Shown piece by piece: positions 1 to 11,840 of a stretch of DNA of 64,000 bases. Position 1 is the stretch's first letter; each line of letters starts with the position of its first letter. The translations under genes and the position numbers were made by a program. This DNA comes from a phage. The DNA lies in the NCBI GenBank assembly GCA_025677605.1, contig GCA_025677605.1_4110.1. The stretch is one strand, 5' to 3'. The notes beneath the pieces were generated by a model. That model made no database searches and was not told the DNA's origin. It saw only the letters and a program-made list of their open reading frames with translations.

Positions 1-203
1 ACTTGATGCATAACTTCCCAAAGTTCAACAGAAGCTTGTCCACGACCCATAACTAAATCGGTTACAGCAGATACATATGCTTCTGGAAGTGAGTCACGAT
101 ACACAACAAGACAATGATCATGATCATCTGGAAGTGAACGCCAAACAACGAAAACACGAGAACCAGTATTACGAATTACACCTGTGTGACGAATAGCAGC
201 CAT
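1..203 (-). CDS. hypothetical protein, 5' part only (gene runs off the window start)
   Basis: ATG at 203-201 overlaps the stop of the upstream gene (TAATG coupling); frame stays open to position 1. Not in the ORF track because truncated. Confidence 0.3.
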   Translation of the reverse strand, partial: MAAIRHTGVIRNTGSRVFVVWRSLPDDHDHCLVVYRDSLPEAYVSAVTDLVMGRGQASVELWEVMHQ

Positions 204-445
204 TATTCTTCCCCTTCTGTACCAGCGGTATCTTGTGCTTGAGCAGCAGCTTCTTCACGTTCTTTGATATCAGCAAGTGCTTTATCAGCAAATTTAACGA
301 ACTTGGAAACAATTGGTGCTACGTTCACTAGTTCATCAACTTGAAACGCATTACGTGCAACCGCAGATTCCATAATACGAGCAGCGTTGATTAGGTCAAC
401 TAGGTCTAGGATTACTTCGTCTTGTGCATTGTTTTCAGTACTCAT
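203..445 (-). CDS. hypothetical protein (80 aa)
   Basis: ORF in track; ATG at 445 preceded by GGAGAG RBS; promoter-like element just upstream. Confidence 0.5.
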   Translation of the reverse strand: MSTENNAQDEVILDLVDLINAARIMESAVARNAFQVDELVNVAPIVSKFVKFADKALADIKEREEAAAQAQDTAGTEGEE

Positions 446-478
446 ATATTACTCTCCATGTATGTTATTACAATTTCC

Positions 479-506
479 ATTATATCATAGTTAATTGGGT
501 TGTCCC
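479..506 (-). promoter_or_regulatory. sigma70-like promoter: -35 GGGACA (501-506), 16-nt spacer, extended -10 TGaTATAAT (479-487)
   Basis: Read on the minus strand as AATTGGGACA-N16-TATAAT; sits between the terminator at 511-542 and the ATG at 445. The same AATTGGGACA/TATAAT arrangement recurs at 30396-30423. Confidence 0.45.
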
Positions 507-510
507 AATT

Positions 511-542
511 ATAAAATAAAAGAGAACGACGAATCGTTCTCT
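511..542 (-). terminator. rho-independent terminator
   Basis: Perfect 8-bp stem AGAGAACG/CGTTCTCT with 6-nt loop (521-542), followed on the minus strand by a U-rich run (plus 511-520), about 10 nt after the stop of the VWA gene. Confidence 0.6.
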
Positions 543-552
543 ATATTTATTT

Positions 553-1956
553 TTACGAACGTTGGCGTTTTTTGTCCGCTTCATATTCGTAGTGAACAGT
601 TTCACCAAATGGTGCTACTTTGTTCGGGTTACTGTGAATCACAAACAGTGTTTTACAGTAGTTAGGATCACCCCATGACTGCCACGGTTCACCATCGGTA
701 AACATGATAAGCTGTTTAGGCTTATAATTGTCATGCTTCATGTGAACCCAAACTGCTTCAAAGTCAGTACCGCCACCACCTTTTACTGGATATTCAAGAA
801 TCTTACGTTCTTCACCAGTTTTATAATCCATCACAGTATAAACTTCAGTATCAAATGTCATGATACGAATTTTAAACTGCTTGAATTGTTTAGTGATGCC
901 TAGTACTTCACTGATGAAATCACGAAGCATATCTTCACTGATAGAGCCTGATGCATCGAGTGCAATTGCAATATCAATATCGTCATCTGGTTTCATGCCT
1001 GGGAAGATTGGATTCCCGTAGAATGAACCGTTAGAACCAAAACCAGCACCCCACGAACGGCGGCTTGGGCTTTGATAGGTCGCATCGGACTTCAACCAGC
1101 TACGAAGAGTACGTTGAAGTTTAGAACGCCAGTCAATTTTTGGTTCTTTAAAGTTATTGATCATACGAGCGATTTCAGCAGGAGTACCACCTGCACGAGC
1201 AGCATTCATCATTGCTGTTTTGAAATCGTCCATGTATTCACGTTTTTGTGCTTCAGATGCACCACCTTCACCATCTTGTGGTACATCGTGTTGGTCAATG
1301 GTAGTGCCTTTGCCTTTACCATTTTGGATATCACCAAAAGTACCGCGTGATTTACCTTCACCTTCACCACTACCAGATTGTGGTTGTCCTTCACCTTCAC
1401 CTTGTTCTTGTTTATCTTCTTCTTCTAGAAGAATATAAATCTCTTCTGCGGTCATACCATCATACTTCTTATCATACAACCATTGACTTTGAATCTTACC
1501 AATTTTTTCACGAACAATAATTTGGTTGATTGCATAGTCTGCTGCACGGTTGTATCGTTGTGGATCACGCATCCCACGACGAAGGAAGTGATCGTATGCA
1601 CAGTGAAGAATTTCATGACAGATAACTGCAATCAGGTTTTCATCAGTCAAACCTTCGGTCATTTCTTTCAATTGTTCTTCAGTTACTTCAGGATGCTTCT
1701 CACGAATTGCTTCTTCGTATGCTTCTTTCTTGCTTGGGTCTTGAATACCCATGATAAATTCTACGTTATAGAATAAATGTTTACCATCTACTGCTAAGGT
1801 ACGACACCATGTATTGTTTGCAACTGGACGCAGACGTGAAGCCAGTACACCAAAGAATGGAGCAGTTAACATCAGAGAAGTACGAGCAAGAATCAAACGG
1901 TCTTGGCATTCTTTCTGGAGTTGTGGTGTTACGTCGCTAAATTTCTTATCGGACAT
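553..1956 (-). CDS. VWA-domain protein with N-terminal HExxH metallopeptidase-like domain
   Basis: HEILH zinc-protease motif in the N-terminal half; C-terminal MIDAS-like motif (DIAIALDASGSISEDM). ATG at 1956 has a GAGGAAA RBS; the track's longer start at 2019 lacks one. Confidence 0.7.
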   Translation of the reverse strand: MSDKKFSDVTPQLQKECQDRLILARTSLMLTAPFFGVLASRLRPVANNTWCRTLAVDGKHLFYNVEFIMGIQDPSKKEAYEEAIREKHPEVTEEQLKEMTEGLTDENLIAVICHEILHCAYDHFLRRGMRDPQRYNRAADYAINQIIVREKIGKIQSQWLYDKKYDGMTAEEIYILLEEEDKQEQGEGEGQPQSGSGEGEGKSRGTFGDIQNGKGKGTTIDQHDVPQDGEGGASEAQKREYMDDFKTAMMNAARAGGTPAEIARMINNFKEPKIDWRSKLQRTLRSWLKSDATYQSPSRRSWGAGFGSNGSFYGNPIFPGMKPDDDIDIAIALDASGSISEDMLRDFISEVLGITKQFKQFKIRIMTFDTEVYTVMDYKTGEERKILEYPVKGGGGTDFEAVWVHMKHDNYKPKQLIMFTDGEPWQSWGDPNYCKTLFVIHSNPNKVAPFGETVHYEYEADKKRQRS

Positions 1957-2030
1957 GATATTTCCTCGTTTAGTTAAGATAAAAGAAGGATACCATGTGG
2001 CATCCTTCTTGTCAAACATTCTTTTAGTTA

Positions 2031-3356
2031 TTAACCAAGAGAACGTGCTTTGCGTACTAGGTCAGAGTACTTCATAACGAAGTCTTTGAACGCTGGAACA
2101 TCTTTGTACGCAATCGCTACCTTATGTTGAGTGATGGTACGAATTGCTAGTACTGCCAGTTCTGCCTGAGTTTCGGAGAAGTTACGGTCCAGGAAGGTGA
2201 TGAAGTTGTTGCACAGCTTGCCCCACTCTTCAACTGGAAGACGTTGTTCTTGCTTCTCATTGTACAGGTCGATAATTTTATAAACCAGATTCAGAGAGAT
2301 GAAGTAGTTCGCAGAAATATCCAGCGTTGCATCAATCTCTTTAATCTCACCCTGTAGGATGGACATAGTATCTGGTAGTTTAGATACGTTTTCTACGTAT
2401 TCGATATATTCAGTTGCTACACCTTCACCAACACGACCAGCGATTAGAGCACGGAACACTTCTTTATCAATGTTGTTGCCTTTCTTCAGGTCTTCGTAGC
2501 GTGCTACTGCTTCCCATGAACGTGGAGAAGTACCACCACTGTGAGAAGGATCTTGTGGGCTAAGGGTGTTGAAGTACTTAGCACCAGTGTTGTTGATGAA
2601 CGCAACAGTACCTGGGTTCAAACGCTTAGCAATCGCGTAATCGTCAATCCAATCTTGATGGTAAGGAACCATTTCGATGTGGGTCATACGGTCACGTAGT
2701 GGCGTTGCCAGAGAGAACGTTACGCCGCCATCAGTTTCACGGTTACCTGCTGCGAGAATCAGTGCAGTCTTAGGTAGCTTCATCTCACCAACACAACGGT
2801 CGAGGATTAGCTGATAAGACGCTGCCTGTACAATCGGCATAGCAGAGTTAATTTCGTCAAACAGGATAACACCTTTCCAATCTGGAGACAGTTTCAGTAC
2901 TTTAGGTGCTGCCCATACAACTGCTGTTTCAGCGATATAATCTTTAGCTGTTTCCAGTTCAGATTCAATCAGTTGTTTGCCATCCATATCCAGGAACACT
3001 TTTTCAGGGACTGGGATACCACGTAGGTCACTTGGTTCAATCTGTGACAAACGGAAGTCGATGAAGTTAGTGTCTTGGTCAATCAGTTTTGCTTCAAACG
3101 CTGCCAGTTCGCGGCGAAGTGCATCAGCATTTTCAGTATCAACTTCAATTTGTTGTTTCATGAACTCGATTTTAGCCAAGTTATCCTTACGAAGAGGATA
3201 GTTCTCGTCAGCGTATTGACGTGCAATCGCAGACTTACCGATACCAGGGCTACCCCAAATCATCAGACTATCCTGAATTTTATCTGCCAGAGCCATAGCC
3301 ATTTTTGCTTTCTTAGGAGTCAGTTTTACGTTCAGGATATCTTGTTGTTCGCTCAT
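2031..3356 (-). CDS. MoxR/CbbQ-like AAA+ ATPase
   Basis: Walker A GSPGIGKS and Walker B ILFDEINSA; 441 aa; RBS AAAAGGAAAA before ATG at 3356; immediately upstream of, and co-oriented with, the VWA gene. Confidence 0.8.
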   Translation of the reverse strand: MSEQQDILNVKLTPKKAKMAMALADKIQDSLMIWGSPGIGKSAIARQYADENYPLRKDNLAKIEFMKQQIEVDTENADALRRELAAFEAKLIDQDTNFIDFRLSQIEPSDLRGIPVPEKVFLDMDGKQLIESELETAKDYIAETAVVWAAPKVLKLSPDWKGVILFDEINSAMPIVQAASYQLILDRCVGEMKLPKTALILAAGNRETDGGVTFSLATPLRDRMTHIEMVPYHQDWIDDYAIAKRLNPGTVAFINNTGAKYFNTLSPQDPSHSGGTSPRSWEAVARYEDLKKGNNIDKEVFRALIAGRVGEGVATEYIEYVENVSKLPDTMSILQGEIKEIDATLDISANYFISLNLVYKIIDLYNEKQEQRLPVEEWGKLCNNFITFLDRNFSETQAELAVLAIRTITQHKVAIAYKDVPAFKDFVMKYSDLVRKARSLG

Positions 3357-3523
3357 GTGTATTTTCCTTTTGTTGGATAAAAAACTAGGTTTATATTATA
3401 ACCAATCCGTTGGCAAAAGTAAAGGAACTGTGTTAAAAGTATTTTAACTTATCAGTTCCTTATCTTCAGTGAATCATCCGTGTGTTTAAAAAGGTCAATC
3501 TTGTTTGCCGTCTTGATGTGGTC

Positions 3524-3551
3524 ATTATATCACATCGTTCAGGCTTGTCAA
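3524..3551 (-). promoter_or_regulatory. consensus sigma70 promoter P-A1: TTGACA-N16-TGaTATAAT
   Basis: Minus strand: -35 TTGACA (3546-3551), 16-nt spacer, -10 TATAAT (3524-3529) with extended TG; A-rich UP-like tract upstream; about 170 nt upstream of the AAA+ ATPase start. Confidence 0.6.
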
Positions 3552-3616
3552 CAACTTTTTTTCTTTCTTTTTCAATCTCACATCTTGTGATTTTGAAATC
3601 TTGCTTCGTGACGTTC

Positions 3617-3644
3617 ATTATATCACGTTAATCTGTACTGTCAA
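3617..3644 (-). promoter_or_regulatory. consensus sigma70 promoter P-A2: TTGACA-N16-TGaTATAAT
   Basis: Minus strand: -35 TTGACA (3639-3644), 16-nt spacer, -10 TATAAT (3617-3622); shares the 12-mer GTGATATAATGA with P-A1, 93 bp away. Confidence 0.6.
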
Positions 3645-3708
3645 CATCTTTTTCATTTTTATTTTCGAAGCGTTCTACATATGCATCGAAAATAACTGCT
3701 TGAAATCA

Positions 3709-4053
3709 TCACCGACACAATGTTAATTCAGTAACTACCATTGCGTCGGAGAGATATATGTAGTAGCCATCAACATAATAAGGACTTCTACATATTCTAT
3801 CAAGCGATGTAAATATTATAGAGCTTTTGAACTCTCTTAGCAAGGGGATTTTTGTAAATTCATAAAGATTATTTTCTTCACAAATCATAAATCCATACTT
3901 ACTAAGCCTCAAACCACCACCAGTTCTGAAGTTTTCAAAAATAGACATCAGAAGCATTCTGTCAGTGATTTCAGCGTCCGATTCATGTACTTCTTTAACT
4001 TTTATAAGTACTTCATTTTGAAATTCAGTGCTGTTAGTGGGTTGTGGTATCAT
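3709..4053 (-). CDS. hypothetical protein (114 aa)
   Basis: ORF in track; co-oriented and tightly packed with neighbours. Confidence 0.45.
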   Translation of the reverse strand: MIPQPTNSTEFQNEVLIKVKEVHESDAEITDRMLLMSIFENFRTGGGLRLSKYGFMICEENNLYEFTKIPLLREFKSSIIFTSLDRICRSPYYVDGYYIYLSDAMVVTELTLCR

Positions 4054-4055
4054 AA

Positions 4056-4457
4056 TTACATCCCCACAAAACCTTGTCTGGCAGCATAAGAAGGAGCATC
4101 TTTAACTTTATAGCTACGATGACCTTCACTGTCAACTTTAGGAGCCATATCTTCAGTACCGAAATCTTCTTCAATTTCTTTAGTACTGTCTTTTGCTTCT
4201 AAGTCATCATTATATTCCACATCTGCCAAAATGTCACATGCTTTTTTAAGTTTTTCTGCGATTTCTTTATGGTCAGAACCTTCTTCTTTTGCTTTATCAA
4301 CTAAAGCAACTAAAGATGTAGTGATTTCCTTTAGTAAATCAACGATAACGTTGTCCGAATCTTCTTGGACAACGATACCATTTTCTTCTTGAGGAACTTC
4401 TTCTTCTGCCATAATCGCATCTAGTGATTCCACTAGTTCACGATAGTTGTATGACAT
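4056..4457 (-). CDS. acidic hypothetical protein (133 aa)
   Basis: ORF in track; strongly D/E-rich composition. Confidence 0.5.
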   Translation of the reverse strand: MSYNYRELVESLDAIMAEEEVPQEENGIVVQEDSDNVIVDLLKEITTSLVALVDKAKEEGSDHKEIAEKLKKACDILADVEYNDDLEAKDSTKEIEEDFGTEDMAPKVDSEGHRSYKVKDAPSYAARQGFVGM

Positions 4458-4458
4458 A

Positions 4459-5403
4459 TTACTTATCTCCTAGAAACTTATTGTACTTACTTTGGAGACT
4501 TTCAAAAATGTCTTCTACAGATTCGTCTTCTTCAGACTCTTCTTCTTCAGCTTCGTAAACATTAAGTGGGTTATCACCTAGAGCAGTACCAGGTGCTTTT
4601 GGCTTGAATTCATGTACACGATGTACATTGCCTTCATTATCATATTCTTCTGGATTTGGAACATTGTCAAGTTCTTCTTGAACAACACGTCTCCAGTAGA
4701 ATTGGTTTCCTTTAGGAACTACGATGAAGTTATCACCTTCAACACCATTGGTTTTAGCTTGACCATCTTGAACAGCATCGTATTCAGAACGGAAAGGACC
4801 AAAATCAGTTGTGTCAAGTGCTGGACTCTCTTCTTCTAGACTTAGGTCAGGAAGGATTTGAGATTCAGTAACTTCTTCTTCAATTTCTTCTTCATCTTCA
4901 TCTACTGCTTCAGTAACAGGAAGACCAGCTAGAGACATCATACGACCGAAATCGAATTCTTCTTCAATAACTTCTTCGTCTTCATCTGATAGAGTAGATT
5001 CTAGCTTAGGTTGACCACTCATGTCAAGAGAAAGTTCATCTTCTTCACCAGGAGCTTCAACATCGATAACTGGAATGTCAGCTTCACCTTCTGCATCAGC
5101 ACCGAAATCAGTTACTGAACCAGATAGATCATCAACAGCTTGTGCTAGTGGGTCTTCTTCACCAATTTCTGGAACAGGTGCTACATCAGCACCCATTTCT
5201 GGAGCAACAACTTCTGGTTCTTCCGCTGAACCACCAAAAGAACCGAAGTCAAGTGGAGCGATTGGAGAAACAGTAGGTGCTACGGATGATTGCTTTTCAG
5301 CTTGACCAGCTAGTGCAAGCATACGGGATAGTGCTTCTAGATCATCAGATTCTAGACCAGCAATATCAATTTTAACCTGTGCTTCATTAATTTTTTTTGC
5401 CAT
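4459..5403 (-). CDS. highly acidic protein (about 314 aa)
   Basis: Extremely D/E-rich with long acidic runs; ATG at 5403 (the track's 5409 start is TTG); AAGGA upstream. Confidence 0.5.
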   Translation of the reverse strand: MAKKINEAQVKIDIAGLESDDLEALSRMLALAGQAEKQSSVAPTVSPIAPLDFGSFGGSAEEPEVVAPEMGADVAPVPEIGEEDPLAQAVDDLSGSVTDFGADAEGEADIPVIDVEAPGEEDELSLDMSGQPKLESTLSDEDEEVIEEEFDFGRMMSLAGLPVTEAVDEDEEEIEEEVTESQILPDLSLEEESPALDTTDFGPFRSEYDAVQDGQAKTNGVEGDNFIVVPKGNQFYWRRVVQEELDNVPNPEEYDNEGNVHRVHEFKPKAPGTALGDNPLNVYEAEEEESEEDESVEDIFESLQSKYNKFLGDK

Positions 5404-5422
5404 TTTCAATAAATCCTTTTAG

Positions 5423-6895
5423 TTATTCATCATTATTATTTAATGATTTTAAAATCTGCACTACTTCATCTTTATTACCAGCTAATAGAATGTCAGCGGC
5501 TAGTAAAGAAACCTTATCACCACGGGTTAGCAGTACTGTAATCTTTTTCGCATAAGGAGAAGATTTAATTTGTGATGCAAGTGCTTCCATACCATTCCCT
5601 TGCTCAACTTCTGGTTCAGGGGTCGGTTCTGGTTTAGGCTCTTCCTTTGGTTCTTCTTTCGGTTCAGCCTGTGCTTCAGGTTTAGGTTCTTCTTGTGCTT
5701 TTGGTTCTTCTTGTGGTGCGTCATTTGGTTTAGGTTCATTCTCTGATTTAGAAGATTCAAAACGATCCAGAATAGCTTGTGCAGCACTTTTTGGAATCAT
5801 TTTACCATCTGGACCAATGAATCGATCACCACCAACGTATACATATTCTTTACCTTTCTTAGAAGTAACTTTTGTTCCGATTTTCATTGCACCGGATTCG
5901 TTATGTTTAAGAATAGCTTGTTGTGCAGCACGCTCAATACTTTGTGCAGCACCTGAATTTAATTGTTTTTTAGTTTCAACATCAAACCAAGCACCACGTT
6001 GTTTAGCATAAGTTTTGTTTTTACCAGAAGTAAAACGGTATCCATCTGGTACACCAACTGCTGGTTCATCTTCAGCTTCGGTAACTTTTTCTGGCTTCTG
6101 TACAGAACCAAAACGTTGTTCTTCACCAGTACTAGCACCAGTTAAAGAAGGGAAATCTTCAGGATTTGCCTTAACGAACTGTGAATATGCTTGGAAAATA
6201 GCTTTCGAGCCTTGTTCAGATACTACCACATTACCGTCATTATCGCAAAATTCTTTACCGTTCCATTCAGAACGAACATTACCTTGAATCAATACAGATT
6301 TCAATGGGATTAGCTTATTGTTTGTAGATAATTGGCGAGCAATGCGAAGACCTTCTTCACTTAGCTTACGTGTCATTTCTGGGCTTACAGGGCGACCGCT
6401 TTTTAGTTCAACAAAGCGATGACTGTTAGGAATAAACTTATATCCTTGAACTACCATACCTGCTGGGATAGAAATATCTTGTGCATGTGGGGGTAGAATA
6501 TAAAATTTCAAAGTACTCCACTCTTTTTGTAGAGTTTCTTTGGAAACTTGATATACACGTTGTTCATCACCCATTAGTTCTGTAATCACTTCACTTTCAG
6601 AAAGAATAGTACCGTCATCACTATGGAAGCGGCTTTCACCGATGAACGTACACTCTTTTCCATTGTGAAGATAGTTTTCGCCAATTTTAAATGCAGTGTT
6701 TGATTTATTGTTGTGCTCAACAATTTGTTGTCGAGCACAAGCATACATATTTGGATATTTTTGTGGATCAACCATCATCATATTACTATCATTGAACCAC
6801 ATACCTTCTAAGAAGACATATTTTGCTCCAGTATGGGAAGTATAGATATACCCATTAGGAACTACCGTACTTTCAGTACTGAATAATTTAAGCAT
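5423..6895 (-). CDS. hypothetical protein with internal repeats and an EPK-rich linker (490 aa)
   Basis: RBS AAGGGGA before ATG at 6895; four copies of a G-K-x-Y/T-x(3)-G-x(2)-F-x(2)-DG-like motif; low-complexity P/E/K linker near the C-terminus. Confidence 0.5.
   Translation of the reverse strand: MLKLFSTESTVVPNGYIYTSHTGAKYVFLEGMWFNDSNMMMVDPQKYPNMYACARQQIVEHNNKSNTAFKIGENYLHNGKECTFIGESRFHSDDGTILSESEVITELMGDEQRVYQVSKETLQKEWSTLKFYILPPHAQDISIPAGMVVQGYKFIPNSHRFVELKSGRPVSPEMTRKLSEEGLRIARQLSTNNKLIPLKSVLIQGNVRSEWNGKEFCDNDGNVVVSEQGSKAIFQAYSQFVKANPEDFPSLTGASTGEEQRFGSVQKPEKVTEAEDEPAVGVPDGYRFTSGKNKTYAKQRGAWFDVETKKQLNSGAAQSIERAAQQAILKHNESGAMKIGTKVTSKKGKEYVYVGGDRFIGPDGKMIPKSAAQAILDRFESSKSENEPKPNDAPQEEPKAQEEPKPEAQAEPKEEPKEEPKPEPTPEPEVEQGNGMEALASQIKSSPYAKKITVLLTRGDKVSLLAADILLAGNKDEVVQILKSLNNNDE
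5590..5720 (-). repeat. low-complexity coding repeat (E-P-K rich)
   Basis: Reiterated gaa/cca/aaa-type codons encoding EEPKPE-like units inside CDS 5423-6895. Confidence 0.4.
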
Positions 6896-6907
6896 TGTAT
6901 TATCCCC

Positions 6908-7459
6908 TTACGAAATCATTCGAAGTAGTTGCTCACGTTCAGCAGGACTTAGACCTTGTAGAATACCAGCAATACCTTGTGATTGGGTAGATGGATTCGC
7001 CGCTGGTTGTGGTGGTTCATTTGAAGCTTGTGGTGCTGCTGCTGGTTCACTTTGTGGTTTAGCTGGTGCTGGCTCTTCTTGATCACGATATGTGTTCATG
7101 TATTCACGAGCAGCCTGTAATAGAGCGTTACCAACATCTTTTGGTGTAAAAGAACGGCGTTGATTATTACCGAGGAATTTCACATCCAATTGATTACCTT
7201 TGAAGAATTGTGCAACATCAGCATATGGAACAGAGCTTTGTGCTTTGCCATATTTTTTACCAATATATCGTTTAAATTCAGCCCATAGGCGGTTAGCTTC
7301 TGCACCAACTTCCTGTGCACCTTGCTCAATCTGCCCACTACCGAACATACCTTTTACTTTCCCTTTAGCACTATCAATAGCACTTTGAGAACGACTATAA
7401 GGACGAGCTTCATTCAGTTCATTGTCCTCATACTCAAACATTTCATTAAGTATACTCAT
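6908..7459 (-). CDS. hypothetical protein (183 aa)
   Basis: ORF in track; ATG at 7459. Confidence 0.45.
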   Translation of the reverse strand: MSILNEMFEYEDNELNEARPYSRSQSAIDSAKGKVKGMFGSGQIEQGAQEVGAEANRLWAEFKRYIGKKYGKAQSSVPYADVAQFFKGNQLDVKFLGNNQRRSFTPKDVGNALLQAAREYMNTYRDQEEPAPAKPQSEPAAAPQASNEPPQPAANPSTQSQGIAGILQGLSPAEREQLLRMIS

Positions 7460-7462
7460 CGT

Positions 7463-7993
7463 TTATTCCTTTTTACCAAAACCAGCACTCATATATTGAG
7501 AGTATTTATTATCACGTTTAATCTCTTCTTTTGCGTCTTCAACTGCTTTATCAGCACGTTCTTGACCAGAAATACCAGTACTATCTACTGCATCACCGAA
7601 ATCTTTTCCGATAACACGAATTTCGTCAAAATCAACGTCATCTTCACTGATTGACATTTCGATTTGACGTGGTTCATCTTTACCGCGAACACGAATAAGT
7701 GCTTCAGTAACAGATAGAAGGTTTCCAATTTCATACATTAGTACATTAGACTGTACACCACGATTACATTTGAAATCAAACATCCAGATTTCACCACAAT
7801 CTAGTTCATAAAAGTCTAGTGGTTTTTCCATGAAAATAGTTTTCTTCAGAGCACCAACTTCGAAAGCATCATAGCGATCTACTAGACGTTGGGTAACTTT
7901 ACTCAATTGTTCAGTACTAGGTTCAAATGCAAATTTGACACGATATTCATATACAGGTTTATTTTCTGTTAGAATTTGTTGTAGTTTGTTCAT
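7463..7993 (-). CDS. hypothetical protein (176 aa)
   Basis: ORF in track; 3-nt spacing to the downstream gene. Confidence 0.45.
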   Translation of the reverse strand: MNKLQQILTENKPVYEYRVKFAFEPSTEQLSKVTQRLVDRYDAFEVGALKKTIFMEKPLDFYELDCGEIWMFDFKCNRGVQSNVLMYEIGNLLSVTEALIRVRGKDEPRQIEMSISEDDVDFDEIRVIGKDFGDAVDSTGISGQERADKAVEDAKEEIKRDNKYSQYMSAGFGKKE

Positions 7994-8021
7994 TTAATAA
8001 CTCCATTAATGGTCGTTTAAG

Positions 8022-10135
<2,114 letters not shown>

Positions 10136-10146
10136 AGTACTTCTCC

Positions 10147-10923
10147 TTAAAATCCTATATTACCGAATACACGGTCAATGATATCTAGTCCTTGATTAAC
10201 TTTTTCTGGTAGTAATGAATTAATGCGAGTACTATACATTTCTTCAATATTATCAAATTGAATACAATTATCAGGCTTAATTGTAATATCCATAGTTACT
10301 GGTGCACTAGAGCTATATTCCAATGTATCGTAACTGATATTGGTGATGATACACCCTGTAAGAACAAAGTATTCCATTACACCAGCACTGTTATAGTTTG
10401 AGCCACCAATGAACTGATCTACTGCATTAACTAACCCACCATTATTTGTCACAGCGGTTGCAGCAGAAACAGCCGTATTTCTTGCCAAATCTTCAATACT
10501 ATCATCTGTGTTACGTCCATTTAGCATTTGAATAACCATACCAAATTTATACGAACCATAGTCTTGTTCACTTCTGGAGGTAATACGTCTTTGAAAATCT
10601 AATTGTTTTTGTAACTGTCTAGACAATGCTTTAGCACTTTCATTGCCAATTGAATCACGAATTGTTAGTGTGATGGGTTCCCAGTTATGATTACCAATAT
10701 ATGTAGTATTGGTAGTAAAATGGTTCAATTTATGAGTACTGAATGTTACTGTTGGTCTATCAACTTTATCAACATCTAATGCGATGTGATCACGCTCATC
10801 AATATCAGTACCGAAATTATAAACAATAACTCTAAATTTGTACTTCGCTTTAGGTTGTAGCATTGTTTTATTTCTTCCTGATGGTAATGGAACGCCATAT
10901 TTACTAATCATGTTTTTTGCCAT
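10147..10923 (-). CDS. tail tube protein paralogue (258 aa)
   Basis: N-terminus (M..YGVPLP.G...M.QPKAKYKFRVI) is paralogous to the adjacent tube protein; RBS AAAGAGG before ATG at 10923. Confidence 0.55.
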   Translation of the reverse strand: MAKNMISKYGVPLPSGRNKTMLQPKAKYKFRVIVYNFGTDIDERDHIALDVDKVDRPTVTFSTHKLNHFTTNTTYIGNHNWEPITLTIRDSIGNESAKALSRQLQKQLDFQRRITSRSEQDYGSYKFGMVIQMLNGRNTDDSIEDLARNTAVSAATAVTNNGGLVNAVDQFIGGSNYNSAGVMEYFVLTGCIITNISYDTLEYSSSAPVTMDITIKPDNCIQFDNIEEMYSTRINSLLPEKVNQGLDIIDRVFGNIGF

Positions 10924-10965
10924 AGCAACCTCTTTTAATTTAAGGTATTATACTTTATTTAGCAT

Positions 10966-10993
10966 AAAAAAAGCCCCGAAATAGTTTCGAGGC
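10966..10993 (-). terminator. rho-independent terminator
   Basis: Minus-strand hairpin GCCUCGAAA-CUA-UUUCGGGGC (one G-U pair) followed by UUUUUU; lies between the two tube paralogues. Confidence 0.5.
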
Positions 10994-11010
10994 TTTAGAA
11001 GTATCTTTAA

Positions 11011-11694
11011 TTAATCAAAGAAGTTTGTATCAGGTAGTGTAGTACTACTAATGTTGGTTTGTGCACCACTAATAGAAGATGCAGTACTTGGATTACCGAA
11101 ACCAGTAACTTCATCACCGAATGCTTCACCGTTTGGACCCAACTTAGCACAACCATCTGGTTGAACAGTCATAGTAATAACTTGTGCTTCGCTTGAAGAA
11201 TAATCCCAATCACCAAAGTTGCTGGATTCAATAAAGCAACCCTGACAAACCCAAGTACTTAGAGTACCTTCAAAAAGGTTTGTTGCATTTTCGCTATTAG
11301 AACCATCTAGTTCTTGAATCCACATTTCAAATTTAAACTGGGAATCAGTCATACGTGATTCTTGACTATAGTAGTTGAATTCTTTACGCATTTGGTTGTA
11401 AAGTGCTTTTGCTGAAGCATTACCAACTGAATCACGGAAAGCAACTTCAATCGCATCCCAAGTATATTTGCCTTTATAGTGTGCGGAACTGTTATAACTA
11501 TGAACAGTTACGTTTTCATGCGATACAGATACTGCACCAACAGTGTTTGTATCTAGTGTAATCATGTTGCCATCATCATTGGCACCAAAACCAAAGAAAA
11601 TTACACGGAATTTATATTTTGCTTTTGGTTGTTTCATTGAAATACGACCACCACCAGCAAGCGGAACGCCATATCGATCTAGCATAGTAGCCAT
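11011..11694 (-). CDS. tail tube protein (227 aa)
   Basis: Immediately downstream of the sheath gene; size and position typical of a myovirus tube protein; strong RBS AGGAGAA before ATG at 11694. Confidence 0.6.
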   Translation of the reverse strand: MATMLDRYGVPLAGGGRISMKQPKAKYKFRVIFFGFGANDDGNMITLDTNTVGAVSVSHENVTVHSYNSSAHYKGKYTWDAIEVAFRDSVGNASAKALYNQMRKEFNYYSQESRMTDSQFKFEMWIQELDGSNSENATNLFEGTLSTWVCQGCFIESSNFGDWDYSSSEAQVITMTVQPDGCAKLGPNGEAFGDEVTGFGNPSTASSISGAQTNISSTTLPDTNFFD

Positions 11695-11840
11695 TAATTA
11701 ATTCTCCTATTAGGAAATGAGATCTTTATATTATTTATAAAAATTAACATACTTTATGTAGTACTTAATGATATGTTTTATCTATAGGGAACCAATCCAT
11801 ATTAATACAATATGTGTACTGGAATTCACCAGTATATAGC

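Noticed and set aside
1072-1438. Plus-strand ORFs embedded antisense in minus-strand genes (same pattern at 5021-5305, 34181-34432, 54935-55333, 61847-62182)
   Set aside because: All lie fully inside longer, motif-supported genes on the opposite strand and lack RBS or promoter context; treated as antisense frame artefacts.
3481-3527. Short ORF (19 aa) starting at the ATG inside the GTGATATAATG motif
   Set aside because: The ATG lies within the -10 hexamer of a consensus promoter, so it would be upstream of the transcription start; the ORF is tiny and has no RBS.
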